Both the position numbers and the translations under genes were made by a program. The notes beneath the pieces were generated by a model. The model ran no database searches. It had not been told where the DNA came from and saw only the letters and a list, made by a program, of their open reading frames with translations. From the NCBI RefSeq assembly GCF_006345805.1, contig NC_043002.1, positions 66,402,001 to 66,466,000 on the forward strand: 64,000 nt of DNA, written 5' to 3'. The stretch is from Octopus sinensis (Eukaryota). Positions 41,162 through 54,013 of this stretch are shown here, in pieces (the stretch's first letter is position 1; each line of letters starts with the position of its first letter).

Positions 41162-43743
41162 AACAAAAAGACTAAAACTACTTGATGATATCGCACAACT
41201 GAACGCTTGGTAATAGAAGAACTGAGAAAACAAAAAGCTCCTCAAAACTGAAAGAAAAAACTGTCAATAAATACTTTTTATTATTCAGTGCCAATATCAT
41301 CATCATCATAATCATTTAGTGTCTGCTCTCCATGCTGGCATGGGTTAGACAGTTTGACTGAAATTGGTGAGATGGAAAGCTGCACATGGTTCCAATCTGA
41401 TTTGGCATGGTTTCTATGGCCGGATGCCCTTTCTAACACTAAATATATGGTTGAAAATACACATAAAAAGTACCATTGCCGGTGCCATATTGGCACCAGT
41501 GCCAGCATCACATGAAACAACATCCATGCTTGCCAGCTCCTGTCAATCAATCCAACCCATGCGAACATGGAATATGGACATTAGGTGATGATGATGATGA
41601 TGAATAATGTAGAGAATATGTAACTCACTAAAATTGCCTCATGTAACTGAAGTATGCAAAAAGATTTCTTTATTGTCCAAACCATGCCAGCATAAAAAAA
41701 TAGGCATCAAATGATGATCATTATTCTCATCATGTCTTAGAGACAATGACTTTATTATATAACTCATATTTATTTCATTGACTCTGAAGAGATGAGAGAT
41801 TTTAAGCAAAAACATAAAGGAACCACCAAATTCTATCACTCAGCTTTCCTTGCCATCTATCTTTAACAATGATACAGTTAATTTAGACTCGGCAACTGTA
41901 ACTGTTCAACCAATATTATAAAAGTTAATATCAAGTTTCAATTTAGGATTGTAAATGAACACACTTCTTCTGCTTAGAGATCGACAGCAATCTGGAATCT
42001 GAATAATGAAATTTCCTCATATCTTCTATGGTTTATTAGTTTGTTTCGTAGCTGTATTATCTTACGAACTGCAATCGTCAGCCCTTACATGCTTGTATGA
42101 TAATGACTGCATAGACATGTAGAAACATATATAGACATAGAGAAACAAGGTGGAATTAACAAATAAAAGGCAATTATAGCCGAGAGAAACCAGCTAGTAG
42201 CATTTAGACAGGTGAAAATCATTTACTACCAAATCTGATACACCACAGCCTCATATTAGCTCAACACTGGGCTATCATATTCCAATATTCCACTTTTGTA
42301 TCCCTGCCAAGTTATTTATACACATTCACATGCAACAAGAGAGAAAAGTACTATTTCTAGATTGGTGTGGGAGTGTGTATTTTACAATCAAAGCAAAATT
42401 GATCCTAATTTAATAAAAATCCTATAAAAACTGACAATTCTTTGTATACATTCCTATCAAAATGACATTTACTAAAACAAAAAATAAAGTAACAGTATTG
42501 ATTAGTTTATGTTACCAATTGAAAACTATTAGTTTTATTTCCAAAACCTTTGTATTGTTCTAACTTCAGATTAATGATATTAATGTGTAATATGCAGACC
42601 AAACTGCTCTCCCCATACACCCACCCAATTGTAACTATCCAATAACAGTGCACATAGTCAGTCAGTCAGCTGTGGTCATAGCTGAAGCTATTTTAAACTG
42701 CAACTTTGAGAGCTGGGTTCAGTAAATTTCATGATCAGATCAGCTATTTTCCAATTGGTTACCCAGCACAGACTATCTCTCTCTGTCTCAAACTAAATTG
42801 GACAAACAAGTCAATAGGTAGAGAAATTATAAAATGAAAAAAAAAAAAAAGTTGTGTTTTAAGCAAAAAGGCCAAGAACAAAGGGTATCTTGTCTAATTG
42901 TTAGATAACAGCTAATATATAATTGCTATATAATTGCCAGTATTCTAGCTCCAAGAAAAATTAAGCTTTAAACTAATAGTGCAACTTTGTGTGAAAATGA
43001 TTATCCCAATGACCTTTATCACTGAAATATATTATCAGACCTTTCAAAATTAAAAAAGGGACAGGCCCACTTATCAGGTCTTATCTTTAGTCATCTTACC
43101 CTGGTGTCCCGATGGAATGAAAGCTTGATTTAATTAATTATCTCAATGCCCAGCCAATGAACCCAACTTTGTCTCTATCTACTCATTGACCCTTTTGTAA
43201 TTATATTTCTGTTAAAACACACTGCCCTTGTTTCAATTAATTTGGAAAATATTTATATATTTAGTAAAATAATTTTGCCATTATTAAGCAAGTATTTGGA
43301 ACGCAACTTAGAATAGAATTCTGATGGAAGGCTTTTAATTTAAATCGCTTTAAAACAGGTCACTTGTATTATAGAACCAATGGCAGTTTCAGGCAGTTTA
43401 ATACCAAAAATGTCAATAAAACCAACATTTGCACACTTAGAAAATACCTGTTTCAAACCTGATCCTGCAATTTGCTTAATCAGTAAAGATCTTAACCAAA
43501 TGAAGTATTTTGTATTCTACACAATGGAATCATTGTATTTTCCTAAACACCAGTTTCACAATCAACAACTAACATCCACTTTTTCAGGCTTGCATGGGTC
43601 AAACATAGTTTGTGGAGACTGATTTTTCTCTGGCTTGATGCCCTTCATAGTGACAGGAAGGCCAAGGTATTTAAAATGAAGATTTGCTCTCATTTCTCTA
43701 AAGCAAACTCAGTAGCAATAATCAAAACAACCTATAAACTATG

Positions 43744-44050
43744 GTGAAGTGGCACATGACCTAGTAGTTAGCACAGCAGATTCGTGGTCAAGGGATTGCA
43801 GGTTCGAATCTCAGACCAGATAATGTGTGTGTGTTTATGAGCAAAACACCCAAGCTCCACACGGCTCCAGCAGAAGGTAATTGCGAACTTCTGATGACTC
43901 TTTCGCCACAACTTTCTCTCAACCTTACCTCCTGCATCTAGCAGCTCACCTACAATGGACTAGTGTCCCGTCCAAGTGGGGGACCTATATGCCAATGAAA
44001 CCAGGAAACTGGCCCTTATGAACCAGGCATAGCTCAAGAAGGAACAAACA
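43744..44050 (+). mobile_element. tRNA-derived SINE family D (family C-like head, different tail)
   Basis: Head resembles family C. The tail gtcccgtcca.gtgggg..gaaacc.ggaaac.ggccc.tatga is shared with 61721-61968. Confidence 0.7.
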
Positions 44051-46909
44051 ACTATGGTAAATAATAAAAAAAAACTTCCTAGACCAGACAGTAGTGGAGG
44101 GGAGACTTTTTAAAGACTAGTTTTTTTTTTATGTTAAGCAAATGAAATTTTTCTCCTTGGATAGAAAGACACAACCAGTTTCAGTTAACACGCTAGTGTG
44201 TTTACCCATCGGTTAGATAACATATCAGATACTGTAAGGTGTATAACATAAATAAAATATCTGTATAGATTTTAGCTAAAAACTTATGACCCAATAATCA
44301 ATTAGTTTCTGTAGAAATAAAATGGCTATGTAGAGACATGAATACACTCAATGTTTGGTTAGTTTATAGGAGATACATGTACAGCAATGGCTATGAATGG
44401 AGAAAGAATTGTTTAAATATTAAAGGACTATTGCAGCCGATATAGAATATATCAAATGATATGCAGCAGTTCAATTAATGTCTTTGATTAGGGATCAATA
44501 TTTATGGACGCTGCTATTTTACTTTCTCGATTTCATAATTACACCTATTAAAAGGTTTCTTACATACGTATAAAATATGTAAACATTTATGGGCTCTCTA
44601 ACTTTTGTTAGCAAGTGTGATGATGAAATTATAATTGAATTCACAACCGACTGAATAAGCTTTCTAACTGAAACACTTCTCTTTCGGTAGAATCTAAATT
44701 ACACACACATGTATGTGTATAATAAACACACATAGCTTATGCCAACAGAGAGAGAGAGAGAGAGAGGAGGGGGTTTATATAATTGAGCCTAGTGGAAATA
44801 ATTTTCAATGAAAATATCCTTTTTCTCTACTTTCTTGCAAGCAGTCACACTTCCGGTTTTGTTGTATGCTTAAGGCCAATCCTTAACTATTTGAAGACAT
44901 TTTCCATTGAGATTACTCAATATTACCTTTCCATTTAAGAAAAAAACGAAGAGGAGGACATTGAACCTATTAGAAGGCCTGGTATTTGCTTGCCTTCCCG
45001 CTCTTCCACTCCCTCCAAAAGTACACTGCTGATCAAGTAAACTTATGATCAAAAGTATTTATTCCAGCTGTGATCATCAAGTATTTTTTGATTTGTTTTG
45101 TTTTTTGTTTGTTTTTGTTTTTTTGTTTGTTTTTGTTTTTTTCAATTTCTTTTTTTCCAATCATAATGTATCCTTTTTACCTTTTTAGGACAGCAGGATA
45201 TGATAGCTGGCTGCTATTTCTAGCAGGCTGAGCAACTAACATAAAAGACTAGTAGGTTAGAAAAGATGAATGGGCAACCTAGAAAAATAATAATTACTTG
45301 AAACTGTCCCTCCTCAACTCCATAGCATGATTAAAAATCTCATTAACTTATTTTATGCTGGTTGTATTAACTAAGATATACTTAATGGCTGGTAAATAAT
45401 CTGCAAGTTTAAACCATCTTCTTAGAGACCAGTAAATCTTTCTGCTTCTGCTAGTACGACCCAAAGTTTGACTTGGGAAAGTATCTGAAGAATGGTAAAA
45501 AAATTATGAGCTTTTGAATACAAGTTATAAATCCATTCCGTTGTTACATGCTAATGTCCATGTGGATTAATATCCACCCAAATGTTTGTGCATACACACG
45601 GCCATACAGCTATGTATATAAAAGGATATTACATATCAGATTGTCTCTCATATATACACACTTGTACACACACACATACACGTAGATAAGGTTGGATAGC
45701 TGTCGTGCTGATGACGGTTACTGAGCCAGAAACACGTGTCCAAGACTCTCCTCTTATCTCCAGACAATAAGCCTGTACTTCTTAATGGTATATCAACTTC
45801 TGAGAATTCTTGAAACTCTCACGTGAAAACTGGTCTTAATTGCCATTCGGTAACTATGATACACCCACTAGAGGTGGAGATAATTTTAATAAACCAAGAA
45901 CTGTTATATATCTGACATACCGATATTTGTTTTGTGAAAATATTCTTATTTCCCAAAATGTAACTGCTTATTACTGCAGATCAACAATAACTCATAACAA
46001 TGTATAAATTCACAATAACAGAAGGAGACAAAAGGAAAATAATTATATAGATATATATATATATATAAACCTTTCCAAGTCCCTACTATTCAGAGAGACT
46101 CCAAATGGGGTAAATTTTCATGTCTGGTGTAAAGCACCCATTCACTGATTCTAGTTTATAACTTCATTCATTCATTCCTTCTAAAATATCTAGGATGAAA
46201 CTAGTTCACACAAGTAATAATTCTTGTCTCCATGATAAAATAGAATTTGGTGTGAATCTGTCACACTTCACACATCCACAAATGTTCTCTCTGAGCATGG
46301 CTAATATACTCCTTTGAGAACAAGTAGATGCATAACACATATGCAATACTGCTTCTGTTTAACACACACACACACACACATATGTGCATGCTAGAATGGA
46401 GTCTGGCTGTCTGTAGCAGTAATGCATGAGATTATGCAGCTTGGAAAATTTGCAAAAGGGGTACATCTAACATTAGAAATGCACAATAAAGTGAAGAATT
46501 TGATGTAGCAGTAGTAGTTGTAGTAGTAGTAGTAATAGTAGTAGCAAGAGAAAGGAGAGGCGAGAGGAAGCGTGTGAGGGAAAGGCTATGACGAGCTGTT
46601 CATCAGATATTCAAGATATGAGTCAGTAGTAGTTGCAACCAAACAAGCAACAGTATCATCATTTTCATAAGGTTGACGGTGGATAGTTGGTGGGTAGAAG
46701 AAGAAAAGCATTTCAATAAAGAAATAACTACTTTCGGCACCTCACCACCGTTGCCATTTTTGGGCATGCCGTATGCCGAACAGTTTGTGGTTTTTAGAAT
46801 ATAACACACCTGGTTAGAAAGAAAGAGAGCAAAAGCGAGCATGCATGCCGACAGACATACGGTTAATGTGTGTGTATGTATGAATTTATATTCTCATACA
46901 TGAATGTGA

Positions 46910-46940
<31 letters not shown>

Positions 46941-47310
46941 TAGATAGATAGATAGATAGGTATTCTTATCTATACACTAGGGTGGGTGTGTTTTTATACA
47001 CACACATACACAATTGCTAATTTGCGAATGTTAGCACTCAGAATAGAGAAGGAATCGACTTTTAGCGCTTTAAACTATGTGTGCGCGCGTGTGTATGCGC
47101 ACACATACATACATAGGGTGTGCGTGTGTGAGGGTTGATCTTTGACCAACAGCCACGCCGACATGGAAAAACGGGCGCAAATCTAGCCGAGATCACGTCG
47201 ATACAGCATGAATGCATGTGCAAGGAATTCGTAAAATGTGCGTGAGTGTATATATATATATATATAGGGAGGAAGTAAACACCACACACACACACACACA
47301 CAGAGTAATA

Positions 47311-47440
47311 TTCTTTTCTACTCTAGGCACGAGGCCCGAAATTTTGGGGGAGGAGGGCAGTCGATTAAATCGACCCCCAGTACGCAACTGGTACTTGATT
47401 TATCGACGCCGAAAGAATGAAAGGCAAAGTCGAACACTGA
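47311..47440 (-). mobile_element. Family B SINE, truncated, CpG-intact
   Basis: Contains ttttctactctaggcacgaggcccgaaa..atcgacccccagtacgcaactgg. Confidence 0.8.
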
Positions 47441-48230
47441 GTAATTATGTATTACAGGTGTGAAAGACAGCAAAGGTGACAGACGGGAAGAAAGTAGGAT
47501 AAAACTGGAAGCAATTTGTGAATACTGAATAATCGTGACGGATTTAACAGGGTGGGGCATTCAAATACATAACGATCGTTATTAAGCATAACTTAATTAT
47601 TTATAATATTGATGATAATAATAATATCGATAATACATAGACCATGCTTAAATCTACCAAAAAGGCCTTATATAGATCCACGTGTGTTATGTTATTCTTT
47701 ATTTTTTTAAATATTATTTTCTTTCTTTCCCGTAGAGAGAAAGATAGAAGCGAAGATAGAGATAGTGAGATAAAACTTATTTTAAACTCGATCCAGTTGC
47801 TGAAACACGATGACATTGATTTAAATTCATTAGTCACTAGTCTTGGAATGTAAGTTTATAAGTGCAGCGTATATAGACCTGACTGTACCACCACCATTAT
47901 ATATATAATATATATATATAGCTATGGCAATTTAAAATTTTGGCGGAAAATAAATACGATGAAAGCAACAAGCCAGATAATTTAGTGGCATTTAATATTT
48001 AAATGGCGTTTATTACTGGCAGCGACAACCAACGGTGCTTCGAGCTGACAGATAGTAATATAAAAAAAAAAAAGGGTTGGTGAGTGGCTGTAGAGCCATC
48101 ATAGCAACATATAAAATATGATGGTACTAGTTTCCGTTGAATGAGAGAGCCTTACACACACTCCTTTCCCTCACTCTATACACACACTATACGTATACAT
48201 TCACACGCATATGTGTGTATATATTACATG

Positions 48231-48276
<46 letters not shown>

Positions 48277-48285
48277 TATATATAT

Positions 48286-48420
48286 ACTCTTTTACCTGTT
48301 TCAGTCATTTGACAGTGGCCATGCTGGAGCACCGCTTTTAGTTGAGCAAATCGACTCCAGGACTTAATCTTTGTAAGACTATCGGTCACTATTGCCGAAC
48401 CGCTAAGTTACGGGGACGGT
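48286..48420 (-). mobile_element. Family A SINE 3' fragment between (TA)n tracts
   Basis: Contains cagtcatttgacagtggccatgctggagcaccg..gccgaaccgctaagttacggggacg. Confidence 0.8.
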
Positions 48421-48432
48421 AATATATATATA

Positions 48433-48482
<50 letters not shown>

Positions 48483-49989
48483 CCGGTGAGTGTGATAAAT
48501 TATAAGGCACTACAAGAGAACATCTCTGCCGACACAACAGTGTATATATGAAGGTTTAATTACGTTGAAGCTAGCTTTTTGTCACATATATGTACTTATT
48601 ACTTTATTTCTTCGATTCGCAAATGTAAAAATATTTGCATGAATATTCTTCAAAATATATAACTTTAATAAGGAAAGTAGGTTAATTTATTAAAAGAGAA
48701 AGACAGAAAACAGAGGAAAACATGATGAAGAATCAAAATAAAATCGATTGAGAATGAAGATGATGCTTTTGTTGGTGATGAACGCTTTACAAGGGAAGGA
48801 AAGATTGTAAAAGACAGTATTGGAAGGAAGGAAGGATACACACACACACGTATGTGTGTGTATACATACACACACGTATGTGTGTGTATCTATGTGCATG
48901 TGTATGAATATGTGTGTATGTGTATATATATATATATGTGTGTGTTGTGTTAGTGTATATCTGAGAGACAATGTATATCTATAAATGAGTATGTATGTAT
49001 GTATGTATAACGCTGCTTTATTCATAAAATAGGGACAACAGCTTCAAAAGAATCTTGTCACAGAATCACAGAAGAATAGATAGTGCAACCAGATTTGTAA
49101 AGAATGAGAAAGTAGGTGATGGCTCAGATTCCAATGACTTCGAACAACCATACAAACTAACTATACAAATGACATAGTAATTCATCAGATGAGGAAGGAA
49201 TGCGCACAAGAAAGGGAATGAATGCACAAGAAAGAAAAAAAAAGGGGGGGGGGGCAGATGACAGACATTCTAAGAAGTTGTACCGTCTAAAAAGTGTTAA
49301 GGGCTTCAGGATGAGTCAAAATTTCCCCCCTCCAAATTCGTCACTTTTGCGATTGATCAATAAAGCAGTGGAGCCGTGTGACACACAACAGGCAACTAAA
49401 CTACAAGACCAAGATTATTTCGAATGTAGACACACACACACACACATATATGTACACGTCCATACATAGACACATACGTATGCTAACACGCACATACGTT
49501 CTACCGATCTATCTATCTATCTATCTGCATATATATAGTAAGTCGAATATTGTGATCAATCGGAAGGGAAAGCGTTTTTAATAGCAATAAGCGACTTTAA
49601 CAGAATGTATGTATATAAACGTGTATATATATATATATAATATATATATATATATATACAATATACATGTCTAATTGTACACTCAAACGTGTGTATATAT
49701 GTACATGTGCGTGTGAGAAATATATAACGTATAAAACGATTTAAACACTTTTTTTTAAAAACTAGGACAAGTACGATCTAAACTAATTAACCAGACTTGC
49801 AAGTTTCATTTGTGATAAGAAATAATATCTAGAAGTATAATGGTGGTGATCACCAGTCCAAATAATATACGAGACAAGTGAAATATGAGCAAATAAAACT
49901 GCTTATAAACGAAGTTATTATTTTCTAAATTTATACTACTACTACACAAGAAATTCTGTCATTTCATACAGGCACACCTCACTTCTACG

Positions 49990-50033
<44 letters not shown>

Positions 50034-50143
50034 CATTTTTTTTCCGAATTTGTGTAAATGTGTATAGAATATATCAGTTATACACACACGTCTAGATAAA
50101 TATATACACATATATATATTATATACATTTTCACACACACATG

Positions 50144-50144
<1 letters not shown>

Positions 50145-50227
<83 letters not shown>
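50145..50227. repeat. Compound microsatellite (TC)n(TA)n(GA)n
   Basis: Directly visible; the tract is self-complementary. Confidence 0.95.
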
Positions 50228-51739
50228 TTGTTATCTGAACAGGTACTAAGTCGTAGAAAGATCGGCAAAATGTGAGATAGCCGGAGATTAACAGATGGGA
50301 AAAATTGAAGCAGGAACGATTTTATATTGTTATACGATAAGATGGGGGTGGAGAGAAAAATATTTAAGTACTAAGGACTTTTATTATATAGATATATATA
50401 AACATTAAGGTGGGAAAAAATTTGAATCACGAAGGACTTTATTATAGACATAAAGGTCAATATTGAAGAAAAATACGTTGAATGCTTATACGATGGTTGA
50501 GAAAATATAACATCGTTAATGGCCATGAATTCAACAATTCATTTTTTTAGGCGGTGGTAGATATTTATTGATATTATAAATATTGGAAGATAGAAATAAA
50601 ATGATAGATCTGGCGAAAGTTATGTAGTTTCGCGAGGGAAAGTAAAAATTTTATTAAACACATACAAGAAAGAATCAAAATATCAAAGTAAGAAGAAAAA
50701 AAGAAAAAAGAAATTAAAGGGACCGCTCGTCTGTGAAAATGTTTGAAATGGTTTTTGTGTTGTGCGTGTGTGTTAAATTAACAAAAGGGAAATGATACTA
50801 ATTAAATTAAGGAGCTAGCCTCGAGTATTTCTTGAAGGTGGCTTAGTACAAACGAGATCTGGGGGGTTAGTTTTGGTCATGATACAAAGGGGGCAAGAAA
50901 GAAGTGTGCTGGTTTCTGGTCGCGCACTCCTAGCAGTTGGGGGTGTATCGGGTACAAGGTATACATCGAAGATGTGAATTAAAGAAGACACCTGCTGGCT
51001 GGATGTGTGTTTTTCTGATCGGCGATATATGGCGATTGCCAAGACTGTAAACGATCGACCATTTCGGGCTCCAAGTTCAAGATATTAACCTGGTAGCCGA
51101 AGCCTTCCCTCTCTTTAGGAGAAATGTTGATAAATATATACAAGTTACATAATACTGTTTTTCGTTTTTTTTTTTCTCCCTACTTAATTCAATCGTTTAT
51201 AGTTTCTCCCATACAAATATTGGACTTATGCCAAGTTGATGGGATAAAAAGGAAACCCTTAGCATACCGGTCTGGATTAATGATCATCGTCGGCAGTGAT
51301 AGGGAATCTTGTAGATGGAGACATTCTGAAGGGTGTAAATCAAAAATGCAAGTTTTGCGAGTGAGTTTATAATAAACGTTAGTGCGTATATACTTTTATA
51401 ATAAATTCGGGTTACTGAATAATACAAGATGTGTGAGTGCTAACTGTGAATTTATTTGATCTGCTCAAGAGTCAAGGTTAAAGGTTAGGTAGATTATTTT
51501 ATAGTACACAATGGTAGAGATTTGGGAGGGCTAGCGTGTGTGTGTATGTATGTATATTTGTGGGTTGAATATGCGTATACATGTATAGATATGCATGTAT
51601 GTTTTAGTCTACTTTTAATTGTGTGATGTGTACGCTATGTGTGTATATATATGTAAGCAATATGTGCGTGTGTGTGTGTGTGTTTAGGAATGAGAGCGGA
51701 AGGAGAGAAGAGAAAAAATTTCAGTGAAATGAAACTGAC

Positions 51740-51838
51740 CTTTTTCTGCTGTTTCTCCCAGGCGGGATCGAGTAAACCTTCTCGGTCCCATTCCTCCTCC
51801 TCTTCCATGTATCCATCGCTATACTGGCCATCGGACAT
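51740..51838 (-). CDS. Actn: Alpha-actinin, first coding exon (33 codons)
   Basis: Translates to [33 protein letters not shown], which matches the alpha-actinin N-terminal motif (E)[15 protein letters not shown](R/K)K. The 99 nt end at AAG|GTCAGT, phase 0. Confidence 0.95.
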
Positions 51839-52289
51839 GTTCGAAACACGTTAGGTATTAGTTACCAAGACAGAGTGAGAGAAATAAATGAAGATATTCC
51901 CAGGGGGCAACGACCGACACCACCAAACACTACTACACGCAATGCTTTTACAACTTTTAATGATGTCTCCTCTTTTTCATTAAAAGAATGCTATGCGAGA
52001 GTGTGTGTGTGAGTGAGTGTGTTTATGTGTGTGTGTGTTAAAGCAAATTGTTGCTGTTGATTTCAGGATATGTATGCGTGTGTGAGTGTGTGTGTGTGTG
52101 AGTGTATATGTGAGAGAATATGAAAGTTGGTGACAAGAAAAAAAGACAGGCGCCGACAGGAATTAAGTAGCCAACGTATAACACCACCAGCTATAGCTTC
52201 TCTCCTCTATATAAACATATAATATATAGCTAGAATATATATTTTTTTTATCAATGATGTATCTCAGATTTTTTGTGCTCGTCTTGAGT

Positions 52290-52520
52290 TGGGTTCAATC
52301 TCCAGAAGAGACAGAGAGAGAACGCGAGCGAGAGAGAAACAGAGAAACAGAGACAGCGACGACTGACACTCCACAAACAACACCGCCCCGCCGACTGTTC
52401 AAGATAAAGTCTCGGTGTGAGAGCGAGGGCTGACGACTAACTTCGGTAGTTACCGCTTACTTCCGCTACACTCGTGATTATCCTACCGAATTTACACGAA
52501 CATTACCGAACAACAAACAT
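52290..52520 (-). promoter_or_regulatory. Candidate alpha-actinin promoter / 5' UTR region
   Basis: Unique CpG-rich sequence about 0.5 kb upstream of the ATG, with a GC box (ccgccccgcc, about 52383) and an ETS-like acttccg (about 52458). The TSS cannot be determined from sequence alone. Confidence 0.5.
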
Positions 52521-52631
52521 TTACCGTTGGGTTTTCTCATGGAAAAGACTTAACTCTGATATTGTCGTAAGCACATAATATATATTTATATATATAACGC
52601 ACACACACATAATGTATATATATATATTTAC

Positions 52632-53110
52632 ATATGCCGGACTCCCTATCCGGCTTCCAGAAATCTGGGAACTACATTCCAATATACCGTAACCTGTATT
52701 TTGAAGTTGGTTAATTTGCAAACGGTGTGTTAAAAATAGTTTTGTTCTCTACTGTGGATTGATAAAAATTGAACATACTCTGCTTTACTATACTGCGTTA
52801 ATTTGCACTTGAATCTGTTAAATAAAATCATGTTCTTTATTTTTCTTCATTTACTTTTCATCTAAACATAATACCGTATGCGTTGTACGGTAAGATATAT
52901 TTTAAGAATTTTTTAATGGATCAGTAAAAGTAAAAGAGACCGTGCTTTAGAAGTATTAATTTGAATCTGTTAAATACAATTTAGTTCTTTACTTTTCGTA
53001 GTTTATTTTATAATTTAAGTATGTGTTTAAGGTGTCTTCAGGAAACCGGAAAATCCAGAAATCCGAGACACTTCCGGTTCCAAACTTGCCGGATAATTCG
53101 TCCGGTACTC
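52632..53110. mobile_element. Possible pogo/Tigger-like MITE
   Basis: Imperfect inverted ends ccggac-N4-tatccggc. The right end (ggaaccggaagtgtctcggatttctggattttccgg on the minus strand) resembles Tigger-type MITE termini. Confidence 0.35.
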
Positions 53111-53111
53111 T

Positions 53112-53302
<191 letters not shown>

Positions 53303-53394
53303 TAATCATATCAAAGGAAAATGGAAGTTAATTAAAATTTACATTTCCAGTGGTCTAACGTAAAAATTTAGTCCCAAAGACTATGTATTAGTCA

Positions 53395-53492
53395 TAAGAT
53401 ACAGTGTACACTTAAACACATGAGGAATCCACTCTAGCGTGTTGAATCCCCTGAGTGGATTTCTCATGTGTTTAAATGTACACCGTATCTTA
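53395..53492. repeat. 98-bp inverted repeat (40-bp arms, 18-nt loop)
   Basis: Arms 53395-53434 and 53453-53492 pair with 3 mismatches, all transitions. The outer ends are TA. Confidence 0.9.
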
Positions 53493-53493
53493 C

Positions 53494-53581
<88 letters not shown>

Positions 53582-53693
53582 AACCAGATACAAAAACAAA
53601 ACGTATATATTTGTTTATCTACCAATATTCATTCAAAGATAAATCTGACAATTTAACTGACATAACAGTTACAAATCGATAATTTAGCTTAGA

Positions 53694-53738
<45 letters not shown>

Positions 53739-53981
53739 CGACTTTCATAGTCGATAATATTTATAAACCAAAATATATGATATGCGTATTTATATTCACC
53801 TCTTTAGGTGCATATTTTCATTTCTATATATTACATACTAGTGTGTTAAATCGATCTCAATCTGTTGCTTTTCACATTACATACACAGACACACATGGAC
53901 AGAAAACTGTTCACCCAGTTTTGTCTTATTATAACATTTAAAAACTTCCTTTGCGTGATTTTATTATTATTATTATTATTA

Positions 53982-54013
<32 letters not shown>

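Larger units (their letters stand above)
1..51739 (-). other. Part of intron 1 of alpha-actinin (at least 51.7 kb, continues past the window start)
   Basis: GTCAGT donor on the minus strand at 51739-51734. A manual scan found no downstream alpha-actinin exon (TFTAWCNSHL...) in 1-51739. Confidence 0.7.

Noticed and set aside
45180-45189. CArG-like CCTTTTTAGG, and MEF2-like or DRE-like motifs elsewhere (14229, 47625)
   Set aside because: Isolated AT-rich matches are expected by chance in 64 kb of this composition.
50295-50450. Three loosely similar units of about 55-60 bp
   Set aside because: Similarity is mostly A/T runs, with no consistent period or spacer structure. It is not CRISPR-like.
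1-51739. Alpha-actinin exon 2 (TFTAWCNSH...)
   Set aside because: A manual scan for the reverse-complement codon pattern hit only SINE sequence. A TBLASTN search would be needed to exclude it fully.
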